Below are positions 1-10,051 of a stretch of DNA of 30,942 bases, in pieces. Position 1 is the stretch's first letter. Each line of letters starts with the position of its first letter. Position numbers and translations under genes: made by a program. Location of the stretch: assembly GCA_038230375.1 (NCBI GenBank), contig JBBRNJ010000096.1, positions 1-30,942 of the forward strand. The letters are read 5' to 3'. This DNA comes from Polyangiales bacterium (lineage in GTDB: Bacteria; Myxococcota_A; Polyangia; Polyangiales; Polyangiaceae). The notes under the pieces are model-generated. The model was not told the origin of the DNA. It did no database searches and saw nothing but the letters and a program-made list of their open reading frames with translations.

Positions 1-84
1 CGCACGGGCCCCGGTCCGTTCCCCCCGGGGGGCCCCCCCAAACTACGCGTGGGGGTTTGTATCTCGCCCCAGGCTATGCTGTCA

Positions 85-471
85 CTACGGGCCGCAGAGG
101 AAGGTTGGGGGGGCCGCGGCGTCGTAGTCGGTGTCCTGGCACTTGCACACGGCGCCCAGGATGCACTCGCCGTTGATGTCGTGGCCTGGCGCAAGATAGT
201 TGACCACGCAGGTTTGCGGGTAGAGGCCGGGGGTCAGGAGCTTGAGGCGCGCGTCGGTCTCGGCGTTGGTGACGGTGCAGTTTCTTTCGCCCGGGACTCC
301 GGCCTCACAAAAGACCAGCGGACCCTGGCGGCACTGCTTCTGCTGGCCAGAGTCCGAGAGATCTTTCAGCTCCGCGGTCGCGCAAGAGAACGTCGAGAAG
401 AGCGCGACGGCAAGGATAGCCCCGGCGACCGCAGTCACTGCAAGGACGGGCACGAGCGCCGCGCGAACCAT
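85..471 (-). CDS. Small Cys-rich exported protein, possible lipoprotein
   Basis: Hydrophobic N-terminus (MVRAALVPVLAVTAVAGAILAVALFSTFSC) followed by several Cys. Start moved to ATG 471, which lies 8 nt after TG-n-TAGGCT (480-485, minus strand). Confidence 0.65.
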   Translation of the reverse strand: MVRAALVPVLAVTAVAGAILAVALFSTFSCATAELKDLSDSGQQKQCRQGPLVFCEAGVPGERNCTVTNAETDARLKLLTPGLYPQTCVVNYLAPGHDINGECILGAVCKCQDTDYDAAAPPTFLCGP

Positions 472-536
472 GGTGGCGGAGCCTACCATTCTCACGCGGC
501 GGACGTGTGGGCGTAGCGCGTGAAGAAATCGACAGC

Positions 537-1073
537 CTAGGATTTCAGCTGCAGCTCGACATCCAGCTCGAGCTTCACCTCGTCACCCACCAGGATGCCG
601 CCGGCTTCGAGCGCGACGTTCCAGTTGAGGTTCCAGTCCTTGCGGTTGACCTTCGTCTGCGCGTGGGCACCGCGAACGGTCTGACCCCAGGGGTTCTTGA
701 ACGCGGGCGTGAGGCCCTCGACGTCGAGCGTGACGGGCTTCGTGATGCCGTGCATCGTGAGCGCGCCCTCGACCAGCAGATGACCTTCGCTCTTCTTCGT
801 GACCTTCGTGGACGAGAAGGTGATCTTCGGGGTGTTGGTGACGTCGAAGAAGTCGGCCGACTTCAGGTGCTCGTCGCGCTTTGCGTCGCGCGAGTCGACA
901 GTGGACGCGTCGATCGCGACCTCGATCTTCGAGTTCGTGATGTCCGACTCGTCCAGCGCAAGGCTCCCCGTGACGCCTTGGAAGTGCCCTCGCACGTTCG
1001 ACACCATCATGTGGCGGACGCTGAACTGTGCGGTGGTGTGGCTCGTGTCGATGTTCCAGGTGGTTTGGCTCAT
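537..1073 (-). CDS. yceI: YceI-family lipid/polyisoprenoid-binding protein
   Basis: WNIDTSHT..FSVRHMMVSNVRGHF, RDEHLKSADFFDV, NPWG, NRKDWNL.WN..LEAGG.LVGDEV are YceI hallmarks. SD-like AAGGGAG precedes ATG 1073. Confidence 0.93.
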   Translation of the reverse strand: MSQTTWNIDTSHTTAQFSVRHMMVSNVRGHFQGVTGSLALDESDITNSKIEVAIDASTVDSRDAKRDEHLKSADFFDVTNTPKITFSSTKVTKKSEGHLLVEGALTMHGITKPVTLDVEGLTPAFKNPWGQTVRGAHAQTKVNRKDWNLNWNVALEAGGILVGDEVKLELDVELQLKS

Positions 1074-1245
1074 GATGATTGCTCCCTTGAACCAGGAATC
1101 TGCAGCCCTGGAGGCCGTTCCGTTAGCCGGCAAAATCGAAACGGACTGTTGCTCTGCGGCGACCACGCACGCCGCGCGCGTCTCTTTCGCTCCGATTTCC
1201 GGGGCAGATTCGCCGTGTCGGTGGGTCCGTGCTAGCCAAACGGCT

Positions 1246-1902
1246 GTGGTACCGGTTCGCTCCTTCCGCAGGCTGCCTTCCTTGCTCGCGCTGGGCGCGG
1301 GCGTGATGGCGTGCTCCAGCGACGTGGCCACCGAGTTCCCTCCCGGCCTCGCGCCGATCGAGGACGTGGGAACGGCGGCCCCGATCGGCACCGCGATGGA
1401 TCCGCATCCAGAGACGCTCGCGCTCGACAAGGGGCTCGACGACGACAGCAACTGGGTGCACGCCGTGGGCTACGTGCATGCGAACGTGAAGGACGTCTAC
1501 GCGGCGCTCGCCATGCCGGATGTCGTCGCGGACCGCCACAACGTGAGCAGCTATTCCGTCGCGACCAACGTGGAGAGCTACGACGTGAGCTTCAGGCTCC
1601 ACTACAAGATCAACAACGTCATCACCGTGGAGTTCGAGGTCACCTTCCGCGAAGGCCGCGTGACCGGCACGGCGGACGCGCCCACGGCCGTCTCGCTCGT
1701 CTACGAGAGGACGTTCGGGTCGAACCTTGTGAAGATGATGCGAGGCTCCATCGAGGTGAACGCCGTCGACGACCACACGTCCGAGCTCCGCTTCGCGCAG
1801 CGCATGGTCGCGACCCAGACGAACGAGGACAACATCGCCAAGTGGACACAGAGCATCTTCGCGAGCGTGCTCGCCAAAGTGCACGGTCAGCCGCTGCCGT
1901 GA
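1246..1902 (+). CDS. Lipoprotein, probable START/SRPBCC-like fold
   Basis: Signal peptide with lipobox (LLALGAGVMAC) and an 'AVGYVHANVKDVYAAL' pattern resembling a helix-grip N-terminus. GTG 1246 start inferred; fold call is inference. Confidence 0.65.
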   Translation: MVPVRSFRRLPSLLALGAGVMACSSDVATEFPPGLAPIEDVGTAAPIGTAMDPHPETLALDKGLDDDSNWVHAVGYVHANVKDVYAALAMPDVVADRHNVSSYSVATNVESYDVSFRLHYKINNVITVEFEVTFREGRVTGTADAPTAVSLVYERTFGSNLVKMMRGSIEVNAVDDHTSELRFAQRMVATQTNEDNIAKWTQSIFASVLAKVHGQPLP

Positions 1903-1907
1903 GGACC

Positions 1908-2528
1908 ATGCGAGAATGCTTGCCGGCCTTCGTTGCGGTGGCTGCGTTTACCGTGGTGTCGGGCGGGCTCGGCGGCGCGGCGATTGGCTGCGGCTCATCC
2001 ACACCGAAGAGCACCGAGCCACGCGTACGCGCGGAAGGCGGCGTGGATGACTCCGAGGGCCGCGCCTTCGTCGACTGCACGCAGGGGTTCCGCGTCGACT
2101 TCCCCACGACCGCCACGGGGCCGATGGAGCACGAGATCATCGACGACGCGAAGCACGCCGCGATGGTGATGCGCACCGGCACGGGCATTGGCTTCTCCGT
2201 CACGTGGACGGACATCGCGCCGCAGAAGCTCACGCAGTCACCGATGATCGTACTGCACGAGATCGAGAAGCTAAGGCTCGGCAACACAGGCAAGCTGGAC
2301 GAGGAGCGCGAGATGTCGCTCCCGGGCGGCGAGGCCCTGGAGTTCTCCTTCCACAGGGCCGACGCTCCTCCGGCGACACGCGATCGCGCTACGGGCGGTC
2401 GCGTGCTCCTCTTCCTCAAAGGCACCACGCTCTATCAGGTAGCGGCGCTCGGTGACGCCGGGGCGGGATCTCGCCCCGACGCGACCGTGTTCTTGATGTC
2501 GTTCCGGCCTACGACCTGCCGGGACTGA
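1908..2528 (+). CDS. Hypothetical lipoprotein (possibly PsbP/DcrB-like fold)
   Basis: ATG 1908 after GAGGA, hydrophobic stretch ending AAIGC, C-terminal 'RVLLFLKGTTLYQV...FLMSFRP' pattern. Starts 5 nt after the previous stop. Confidence 0.65.
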   Translation: MRECLPAFVAVAAFTVVSGGLGGAAIGCGSSTPKSTEPRVRAEGGVDDSEGRAFVDCTQGFRVDFPTTATGPMEHEIIDDAKHAAMVMRTGTGIGFSVTWTDIAPQKLTQSPMIVLHEIEKLRLGNTGKLDEEREMSLPGGEALEFSFHRADAPPATRDRATGGRVLLFLKGTTLYQVAALGDAGAGSRPDATVFLMSFRPTTCRD

Positions 2529-2543
2529 CGCGCTCGTCCATGC

Positions 2544-2957
2544 TCACTTACCGCCGTCCTTGCCCTCGGACCTGTGATGACCGCGGTGGTGGCCGCCGCG
2601 ACCGATGTGCGCCTCGCGAGCGACCTTGCGAACCTCCTTGGCCTCCTCCTTGGTGACCTTGCCGTCCGCGCCGACGCGCGTGACTTCCTGGTTCACCCGG
2701 ACGAGACCGCGATCGAACTCTGCGCGGAGCTCGCGCGCCTTGTCCGCCGGCAGCGTGGCCGCGTGCTTCTCCATCTCCGCGCGCGCCTTGGTGGTGCGGG
2801 CGTCGACCTTCGTCTTGAACTCTGCAGCTGTCATCGGAAACTTCGCGTGCTCGTGCGCCGCGGGCTGCGGAGCATCCGTGGCAGCCTGCGCGATCGCCGG
2901 CACGGAGACCAACGCAGCGAGAGCAACACCGAGCACCAGCCAATTACGCGTACGCAT
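2544..2957 (-). CDS. Small exported helical protein with His/Gly-rich C-terminus
   Basis: Signal peptide MRTRNWLVLGVALAALVSVPAIAQA, SD-like AAGGTG upstream of ATG 2957, charged helical body, DGKVTKEE motif. Confidence 0.8.
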   Translation of the reverse strand: MRTRNWLVLGVALAALVSVPAIAQAATDAPQPAAHEHAKFPMTAAEFKTKVDARTTKARAEMEKHAATLPADKARELRAEFDRGLVRVNQEVTRVGADGKVTKEEAKEVRKVAREAHIGRGGHHRGHHRSEGKDGGK

Positions 2958-3055
2958 GTTCGTCACCTTTCAAGGGAGCCAGAGTCCCGTCGGCACTGCG
3001 CCGTCGTCCTGGTCTCGTGGAGTATGACGTGCGGCCCCGCGCGAAGATGCCCCGG

Positions 3056-3083
3056 TTTACCCTTCTTTACCCAGCGTTAACCC
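3056..3083 (-). promoter_or_regulatory. OmpR/CpxR-type direct-repeat box upstream of the 2544-2957 gene
   Basis: Minus strand reads GGGTTAA-cgct-GGGTAAA-gaa-GGGTAAA, containing GTAAA-N5-GTAAA with 10-11 bp phasing. Confidence 0.55.
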
Positions 3084-3124
3084 CACGGAAATGCGGCATT
3101 CCACGCGTGTGCGCGTGCGCATAC

Positions 3125-4027
3125 CTACGGAACGAAGAGGCCGGTGCGGGCGCGCAGGCCGAACGTGGCGAAGAAGTGCGGGTCTGCGATGCCGCCCTTC
3201 TTGCCGTAGTCACCAAGGGCGAGCTCCGCGTAGGGGCCGATGCCGTAGAAGTAGCCGGGCTTCCAGTCGAGGCCCCCGCTGAGCACCGCCCACTCCATGC
3301 CGGAGAGCGCAGAGCTCTGCGACGTGGTGCCAGTGCTGTCATTCGCCGTGAGGTTGATGACGTCGAAGCCGATGCCTCCGCGCACCCACGGGCTCCAGGC
3401 GCGCGTGTGTCGGAACGCGTACTCGGCGACGAGACCCCCCTTGTAGCTCTGCGCGCTGCACGTGGTGTCCGTCCCTGAGGGGCATGCGTCCTGCGACGAC
3501 GTGGAGGTGCCAGCGAAGCCGTAGATGAAGTACGCGCCAACGTAGAAGTCCGGTCGCAAGTAGTAGCCGACGTCCACGCCGATCGGCACGACGTACTTCA
3601 CGACGTCACCAAGCGCGCTGGACTTTGCCTGACCGCCGGGTAGCGCGATGCCGGCGCGCAGACCAACGGACAACCCCGTGTACTCGGTGCCTCCCTCTCG
3701 AGGGCCGGTGGGCACTCCGCCATCCGGATCGCGGAGATCGTCGACGATGGGTGGTGTCGCAATCACGGACGCGGCGCCCGCGTCTGTCGGTTCTTGCGCG
3801 GCGCCCTGCGGAAGCACCAGCACCATGCCCGCATCGCCGTCTGCCGGCGCGACAGGCGCGACGCTGGGTCCGGTGCTGGGTCCGGTGCCACCCTCGGCCG
3901 GGGGGCCTGCGTCTGCTGGTGTGTCGAAGAAGACATCCGCGAAAGCGGCGCCTTCCCGCGCGGAGGAGACGAGCAGCGCCGCGCCCACGCATGAACACCC
4001 GAGCAAGAGAAGACGATGAGCCTTCAT
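3125..4027 (-). CDS. Outer-membrane beta-barrel protein with Pro/Ala/Asp-rich N-terminal linker
   Basis: Signal peptide MKAHRLLLLG..., low-complexity linker, then amphipathic strands (GLSVGLRAG, VDVGYY, YVGAYFIYGF, GIGPYAEL). Starts 2 nt after the upstream stop. Confidence 0.75.
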   Translation of the reverse strand: MKAHRLLLLGCSCVGAALLVSSAREGAAFADVFFDTPADAGPPAEGGTGPSTGPSVAPVAPADGDAGMVLVLPQGAAQEPTDAGAASVIATPPIVDDLRDPDGGVPTGPREGGTEYTGLSVGLRAGIALPGGQAKSSALGDVVKYVVPIGVDVGYYLRPDFYVGAYFIYGFAGTSTSSQDACPSGTDTTCSAQSYKGGLVAEYAFRHTRAWSPWVRGGIGFDVINLTANDSTGTTSQSSALSGMEWAVLSGGLDWKPGYFYGIGPYAELALGDYGKKGGIADPHFFATFGLRARTGLFVP

Positions 4028-4029
4028 GA

Positions 4030-5271
4030 CTACTCGCGTGCGCTCACGGTGAACTTCACACCGGCGCCACCCAGGCGCGCGGCCAGGAAATCGCCCATGG
4101 CGTAGGCAGGAGTGAGCACGCCGAACCGGTCCGGCAAGGCGTCCTGCGCAAGGCACATCGTGGCCTCGCCGAGCATGCGCGCCGTGGCCGCGTAGCCGGG
4201 GTCCCCCTCGCCTTCGATGCGCACGCCGAGCTTCGGCCCAGGCTCGCGTGCCTTCGTGCGCGTGTCGCAGATGATGTCGATCTTGAACGAGCCGCGCGCG
4301 CGAACCTCGGCGGATGGCCCTTCACCGGGCTTGGGCAGGCGCGCCTCGACCAAGCCACGGAGCGGAGTGGTGATCGCAGCCGTGAATGCGCCGACCGCGC
4401 CGAGCACGGCGTACGCCATGGCGGCCCCGCGCGGGCCCTTCGGGAAGCTCATCACCTCGCGGTAGCGGAACTCGGGCCCGTAGCCGTGGTCGAGCAGCGA
4501 GTTGGTGCGACGAACCACGCGTGTGTTGCACAGCGCCATGATGAACGGGGCTGTCCACGCGCCAAGATCCTTCTCGTACGCGACGTTGAAGCGGTCCTTC
4601 CGATCGCGGTGCTCCGGTGGAGTGGGCTCCAGCGCGTGCGGGTCCACGACCAGCGCGCGGATCTTCGGATCCTTCCTGGCCGCGTCCGTCAGCTCCAGCA
4701 TGGACGCCACGGTGCCGCCGCTGAAGCCGCCATCTGCCTTGCGCACCAGCAGCGTGGTGGGGCCCATGGTGAGGCCCATCTCGTCCGCGCGGCGCCAGAG
4801 GAGGTACGTGCCCAGGTCCGACGGGATGGAGTCAAAGCCGCATGCATGGACGATGCGCGCGTGCGAGGTCTTCGCGACCGCGTCGTTGTCGTCGATGCTC
4901 TGGCGCATGAAGGGGACCTCACCCGTGAGGTCCGTGTAATGTACACCTTCTTCGGCGCAGATGCGCGCAAGCGCCCGCCCGTACTTCGCGTACGGTCCCA
5001 CGGTGGTGCACACCACGCGCGTGCGCTTCACCATGGCGCGGAGCTCGGTCTCGTTGCCGGAGTCGGCGACGAGGATTGGCACGGCGCGATCGCTGTTGCC
5101 GCTGGCCGCATGCGCGCGCACGTCTCGCACGACCGACTCGAGCTTCTCCTTGCTGCGCCCCGCCACGCCGAACGCAAGCGAGGATGGCGCATGCGAGAAG
5201 AGGTACTCCGCGACGAGGCGACCGGTGAAGCCAGTCGCCCCGAGGAGCACGATGCCGAGACGGTCGCCCAT
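4030..5271 (-). CDS. Saccharopine dehydrogenase-like oxidoreductase / trans-acting enoyl reductase family
   Basis: GATGFTG, AGRS, TTVGPYAKYG, YTDLTGE, CGFDSIPSDLG, SGGTVAS, GDPGYAATARML, GVLTPA. Confidence 0.92.
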   Translation of the reverse strand: MGDRLGIVLLGATGFTGRLVAEYLFSHAPSSLAFGVAGRSKEKLESVVRDVRAHAASGNSDRAVPILVADSGNETELRAMVKRTRVVCTTVGPYAKYGRALARICAEEGVHYTDLTGEVPFMRQSIDDNDAVAKTSHARIVHACGFDSIPSDLGTYLLWRRADEMGLTMGPTTLLVRKADGGFSGGTVASMLELTDAARKDPKIRALVVDPHALEPTPPEHRDRKDRFNVAYEKDLGAWTAPFIMALCNTRVVRRTNSLLDHGYGPEFRYREVMSFPKGPRGAAMAYAVLGAVGAFTAAITTPLRGLVEARLPKPGEGPSAEVRARGSFKIDIICDTRTKAREPGPKLGVRIEGEGDPGYAATARMLGEATMCLAQDALPDRFGVLTPAYAMGDFLAARLGGAGVKFTVSARE

Positions 5272-5282
5272 GTCCTCTGCGC

Positions 5283-6101
5283 TCAGCCCACGCCGTTCGC
5301 TTTGAACCAGTCCTGCATGCGCTTCCAGCCGTCCGCCGCCGACGCGGGCTCGTACGACTTGCGGTAGTCCGCGTAGAAGGCGTGGCCCGCATCCGGGTAG
5401 ACCTGGATCTGGGACTTGCCGTTCGCGGCTGCGATCTCGCGCTTCATGAGATCCAGGTGCGACTGCGGAATGCCTTCGTCCTTGCCGCCGTAGAGGCCGA
5501 GCACCGGCGCCTTCAGATCCTTCGCCAGGTCCAGCGGGTGATGCGGCTGGAGAGAGTTCGGCGCGCTAGAGATGCGGCCGTACCACGCCACCGCGGCCTT
5601 GAGCTTTGGATTGCGTGCAGCATACAACCAAGCGATTCGCCCACCCCAGCAGAAGCCGGTGATGCCCAGCTTGTTGCCGTCCACCTTGCCGGTGGTGTTC
5701 GCCCACGCAGCGGTGGCGTCCAGATCGGCCATGACCTGCGCGTCGGGGACCTTCATCACGATCTTCAGGATCTCACTGAAGTCCGTCATGCCGGCGACGC
5801 TGCCCTGGCGGTAGTAGAGCTCGGGCGCGACGGCGAAGTATCCGAGCTTCGCGAGCCTGCGGCACACATCCTTGATGTGCTCGTGCACGCCGAAGATCTC
5901 CTGCACCACGAGCACGACGGGGAACTTGCTGCCTGTCGCCGGCATGGCGCGGTACGCGGGCAGTTGACCGATCTTCACCTCGCCAGCGGTCAGACCTTCA
6001 GCGTCTGTCGTGATCGCGCTTGCGGCGACGGGGCGGGTCGCCAGCGCAAATCCGGTGGCGAGTGCGGCAGAGACAAATACGCGGCGGCTGAGCTCTTCCA
6101 T
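5283..6101 (-). CDS. Dienelactone hydrolase family protein with twin-arginine signal
   Basis: [16 protein letters not shown] nucleophile, [17 protein letters not shown]. Tat motif SRRVFV. SD-like GAAGGTGA before ATG 6101. Confidence 0.93.
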   Translation of the reverse strand: MEELSRRVFVSAALATGFALATRPVAASAITTDAEGLTAGEVKIGQLPAYRAMPATGSKFPVVLVVQEIFGVHEHIKDVCRRLAKLGYFAVAPELYYRQGSVAGMTDFSEILKIVMKVPDAQVMADLDATAAWANTTGKVDGNKLGITGFCWGGRIAWLYAARNPKLKAAVAWYGRISSAPNSLQPHHPLDLAKDLKAPVLGLYGGKDEGIPQSHLDLMKREIAAANGKSQIQVYPDAGHAFYADYRKSYEPASAADGWKRMQDWFKANGVG

Positions 6102-6208
6102 GGTTTCACCTTCGGCGGCCGCGGTGCTCCATCGACCCGGCCTGGGGCACATGGACGTACCACAAAAGAATTGAGCCGGGTTGGGTGGGCGCGCCCCACT
6201 TCTGGATC

Positions 6209-7066
6209 ATGATCCTGAGCCAGGGAAGAGGCACGAGCTACACCCCACTCCGCGCCGCAGCGGAGCGCGCGATGCGCGTGCTCTACCGCGGAGACTGGCC
6301 ACAGGCGCTGTGGTCCAGGTTTCCTGGGGCATGTGATGTGGAGGTGACGGAGAAGACGCTGCACGTGCTTCATCCCGGCGCAGGGACCGTGCGCGTGGGG
6401 TTCGTCTCGGATCTGCACCTGGGGCCCACGACGCCACCCGAGCTAGCGCGCCGCGCATTCCATGAGCTCGCGCAGGCGCGGCTGGACGTGCTGCTCCTGG
6501 GTGGCGACTACGTGTTCCTGGACGCGACCCCGGCGAAGGCCGCGCTGCTGGCGGAGCTCACCATGCTGGTGGATGCACCCTACAAGTTCTTCGTGCTCGG
6601 CAATCACGATCTCTGGACGCATCACGCGCTGCTGGAGGACGCTCTGTCACGCGCAGGCGTCACGTATGTCGAGAACACCTCGCGGTCGCTTCCACACGGG
6701 CTCGCGCTGGTCGGGCTGGACGATCCCTGGACCGGAGCACTGGACGCAGAGCGCGCCCTGGCCAACGTGCCCGACTCGGCGGTGCCGCTCTTCCTGTGTC
6801 ACTCGCCGGACGGGCTGCCCGCGGCGACGGCGGCGCTTTCACCAGCGCGGCGCGCCGTCTACATCTGCGGGCATACGCACGGCGGGCACGTGTCGTCGCC
6901 GTTCGGGCCGCTGGTCGTTCCGGGCCGCGTGGGCAAGCAGTATCCCTCCGGGCTCCACGACGTGGATGGTGTGTTGCTCTACGTATCCCGCGGTGTGGGC
7001 GGGATCGAGGTTCCATTCCGTACGTTCGCGAAGCCGGAGGTGGTGGTCCTCACGCTGACCGCGTGA
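6209..7066 (+). CDS. Calcineurin-like metallophosphoesterase (YkuE-like)
   Basis: SDLHLG, GGDYV, LGNHD, CHSPD, GHTHGG, VSRGVG motifs. Start uncertain (6185, 6209 or 6272). Confidence 0.9.
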   Translation: MILSQGRGTSYTPLRAAAERAMRVLYRGDWPQALWSRFPGACDVEVTEKTLHVLHPGAGTVRVGFVSDLHLGPTTPPELARRAFHELAQARLDVLLLGGDYVFLDATPAKAALLAELTMLVDAPYKFFVLGNHDLWTHHALLEDALSRAGVTYVENTSRSLPHGLALVGLDDPWTGALDAERALANVPDSAVPLFLCHSPDGLPAATAALSPARRAVYICGHTHGGHVSSPFGPLVVPGRVGKQYPSGLHDVDGVLLYVSRGVGGIEVPFRTFAKPEVVVLTLTA

Positions 7067-8467
7067 TCACTTCACGTCGACGAAGAGCTCGTACGCGGCA
7101 TGCGACGCGCTGAAGCCCTGCTTGCTGGGCTCGACCACGACGTAGTAGTCGCCGTTCTTCGTGATCGGGTCGGAGACCAGGTCCTCCTGGTAGTCGGCGT
7201 CCTTGCTGAGTTTGAGGGACGTCGTGCCGTCGATGTCGAAGAGGTCGATGACGGTGTCCGTCTGACCGTCGCCGCCGGTCGCCATGTGGATGGTCTTCGG
7301 TGTGCCGGCGCTCGCGCCAGCGATGGTCACCTTGTAGAAGTCGAGGTCCTTGAGGCCCGTGGTCCCCGTGTAGCCAAGGGTACCGGTGTAGAGCGCGGGG
7401 AAGGTGGCGATGGCCGTGGCGACATCGAACTTGTCGTTGTTGGTGACCATGGACTCCGCCGGCTCCGCGATCGGGGTGACGGGCACGTCCAGCACGCCGA
7501 GCTTGAAGCTCGCCGGAACCGGGCCTGCGCCGAAGAGGCTCTGAGAGTCCGCGACCACGATGTAGACGAGGTCAGTCGATTTGGTGGTGCGACCCCACAC
7601 GCCGCCGAAGCCGCCGATCGGTGAGGCGTACGAGCCGCTCTTCGGCAGGATGGACGCCGAGACGGAGTCCGCCGACTCGAGCAGGTTGAACTGGATGAAG
7701 CGCGCGTTCGCGTCCGCGGGCGCGTAGCTGTAGAGCGCCGTGTCTGTCTCGGTCTCGATGGTGCCGGAGACGCTGCCGGCGAGCTTGGTGGCAGAGCGCG
7801 CGCTGACCTTGAACGCCTTCGTGAGCGGCGTCACGACGGCCGTCTTGGAATCAGCGCCGTTCGTGATGATGACGTCAATGTCGCCAGCGACGGCGAGCAC
7901 ATCCGCCTGCACACCGAAGTCGAGCGCGAAGTCCGACGCCTGGGGCGAACCCGCGATGACGTCATTGCGACCCTTGAGCGTGACTGTCGTGTTGGCCGCG
8001 TCGAACGGCACGGACGTATCGACCAGCTTCACGTGGATGGACCCGAAGCCGCCCTGCGGAATGCCGGTGCTCGGGTTGATCGTGACCTCGACGGGCGACT
8101 TCACGTTGAACGCGCCCTTCCAGACCTGGGTCTTGCCTGCGTCGTCAGTGACCGTGACGTCGCGCGCGCCGAGCTTGGCGGCGCCGTCGATCGTGATGTT
8201 CGCGAGGAGCGACGTGGGGCTGGCAACGGTGAGCTTGTTCACCTTGATGTTGGCGCCAAAGTCCGCCGTGGCCGCGGTGGCCCACGTGGTCTCGTTACCG
8301 CTGATGGAGACGTCGATGGTGCGCGACGCGAACGCCGTGGTCGGCGAGATCGCGCTGACACTGGGCGACGTGTTGCCGTCCGCGCCCTTCGCGCCGTCAG
8401 CACCCTTGTCGCCGCCGCACGCCACAACCAGAAGAGAAGCTACGAAGAAACAAGCCGATTTTCTCAT
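7067..8467 (-). CDS. Lipoprotein with short collagen-like G-X-X stretch, IPT/TIG-like and PPC-like beta-sandwich domains
   Basis: Lipobox LLVVAC, GADGAKGADG, PSVSAISP (IPT start), DLDFYKV...DTVIDLFD..G...GDYYVVV (PPC-like). SD AAGGAG. Confidence 0.8.
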   Translation of the reverse strand: MRKSACFFVASLLVVACGGDKGADGAKGADGNTSPSVSAISPTTAFASRTIDVSISGNETTWATAATADFGANIKVNKLTVASPTSLLANITIDGAAKLGARDVTVTDDAGKTQVWKGAFNVKSPVEVTINPSTGIPQGGFGSIHVKLVDTSVPFDAANTTVTLKGRNDVIAGSPQASDFALDFGVQADVLAVAGDIDVIITNGADSKTAVVTPLTKAFKVSARSATKLAGSVSGTIETETDTALYSYAPADANARFIQFNLLESADSVSASILPKSGSYASPIGGFGGVWGRTTKSTDLVYIVVADSQSLFGAGPVPASFKLGVLDVPVTPIAEPAESMVTNNDKFDVATAIATFPALYTGTLGYTGTTGLKDLDFYKVTIAGASAGTPKTIHMATGGDGQTDTVIDLFDIDGTTSLKLSKDADYQEDLVSDPITKNGDYYVVVEPSKQGFSASHAAYELFVDVK

Positions 8468-8510
8468 GATTCGGTACTCCTTGAAACACCCACGACGTGA
8501 TCACACAAGC

Positions 8511-9905
8511 TCAAGCCTTCGGCGTATTCCACCCGCCGACGTCCGCGACCAGGCGGTCTGCCTCGACGGGGCCCCACGTGCCGGGCTCGTACTCGAACAT
8601 GGGCGACGGTCCCTTGATGACCGGGTCGACGATGGCCCACGCGGCCTCGACCACGTCCTGACGCGCGAAGAGCGTCGCGTCACCAGACATGGCGTCCGAG
8701 AGGAGGCGCTCGTAGTCGCCCATGCGGCCCTCCTGGCCTTGCGCCGGGGACTGCGCGACCGCGAGCTCCACCGGCTCGCCGACGTTGCGATCACCGGGCA
8801 CCTTGATGCGGGCGCCGAGGGCAAGCGTCACGTTCGGGCTCACGCGGAAGCGGAAGTAGTTGCCCATCGAGGGTGCTGCCTCGTTGAAGACGACCTGCGG
8901 CGGGTTCTTGAACTCCACCATCACCTCGGTGCACGTCATCTGCAGCGACTTGCCTGCGCGCACGATGAAGGGCACGCCTTCCCAGCGCCACGAGTCGACG
9001 AACATGCGGAGCGCCGCGTACGTGGCCATGTACGAGTCCTTCGCCACGCCCGGCTCGTCTCGGTAGCCCTTGAACTGACCGCGTACCATGTTGTCCACGC
9101 TCATCGGCCGGATCGTGCGGAGCACCTTCGCCTGCTCGTCGCGGATGGCCTCCGGGATGGTGCTCGAGGGAGCCTCCATCGCGAGGTAACTGATGACCTG
9201 GAGCAGGTGGTTCTGGATGACGTCGCGAATGACGCCGGTCTCGTCGTAGAACTTGCCGCGCCCCTTCACGCCGAACGACTCGGACATGGTGATCTGGACG
9301 TTCTCCACGTAGTTGCGGTTCAGGATGGGCTCCATGAACGCATTCGCGAAGCGGAAGTAGAGGATGTTCTGGACCGCCTCTTTGCCAAGGTAGTGGTCAA
9401 TGCGGAAGATGCACGACTCCGGGAAATGCTTCTGCAGCACGGCGTTCAGCTCGCGCGCAGAGTCCAGATCGCGGCCGAACGGCTTCTCGACCACCACGCG
9501 CGCGTGGTCGGTGGCGTGCACCTCGGCAAGGCGGGAGACCACCGTGGGGAACATGCTGGGCGGGATCGCGAGATAGTGGATGGGGCGCTTTGCGTCTCCC
9601 ATCTCCTTCTTCAGCTGCACGAATGTGGCGGGGTCGTTGTAGTCGCCGTCCACGTAACGGAGGCGCGCCTTGAGCTTTGCGAACGTCTCTTCGTCCACGG
9701 GGCCTTGCGCGGCGATGCTCTCATGGGCGCGCGCGACCAGCTGGTCCAGGTTCCACCCGGACTTCGCGACTCCGACGATCGGCATGTCGAGCTTGCCGCG
9801 CTTCGTCAGCGACAGCAGCGCCGGGAAGATCTTCTTGTATGCGAGATCTCCGGTTGCCCCGAAGAACACAAGTGCATCCGACCGTTCCCTGGATTCTTGA
9901 GCCAT
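8511..9905 (-). CDS. zwf: Glucose-6-phosphate 1-dehydrogenase
   Basis: [75 protein letters not shown]. Confidence 0.97.
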   Translation of the reverse strand: MAQESRERSDALVFFGATGDLAYKKIFPALLSLTKRGKLDMPIVGVAKSGWNLDQLVARAHESIAAQGPVDEETFAKLKARLRYVDGDYNDPATFVQLKKEMGDAKRPIHYLAIPPSMFPTVVSRLAEVHATDHARVVVEKPFGRDLDSARELNAVLQKHFPESCIFRIDHYLGKEAVQNILYFRFANAFMEPILNRNYVENVQITMSESFGVKGRGKFYDETGVIRDVIQNHLLQVISYLAMEAPSSTIPEAIRDEQAKVLRTIRPMSVDNMVRGQFKGYRDEPGVAKDSYMATYAALRMFVDSWRWEGVPFIVRAGKSLQMTCTEVMVEFKNPPQVVFNEAAPSMGNYFRFRVSPNVTLALGARIKVPGDRNVGEPVELAVAQSPAQGQEGRMGDYERLLSDAMSGDATLFARQDVVEAAWAIVDPVIKGPSPMFEYEPGTWGPVEADRLVADVGGWNTPKA

Positions 9906-9938
9906 GACGTCCCTCCACCTCGGCTTTGCGAGGGCGGC

Positions 9939-9966
9939 AGGATAGCCCGTGATGGGGGATTGTCAC
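9939..9966 (-). promoter_or_regulatory. Putative sigma-70 promoter of zwf
   Basis: GTGACA-N16-TATCCT on the minus strand, ending 33 nt before the ATG. Confidence 0.5.
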
Positions 9967-10051
9967 CCCGTACTTCGCAGAAAACCACCCAGCCCCGACG
10001 GAGCCGAGCGACCTCGAGCGCCCTCGCCAGGGGGCTCCCCCTGCCGGCCCG

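Noticed and set aside
799..1907. Long N-terminal extensions in the ORF track (799, 1311, 1451, 4156, 12037, 17683, 26527, 30139)
   Set aside because: They overlap neighbouring genes, while downstream starts have SD, promoter or signal-peptide support.
10028..10043. CAGGGGGCTCCCCCTG hairpin
   Set aside because: Short GC stem without a U-tract, expected by chance at this GC content.
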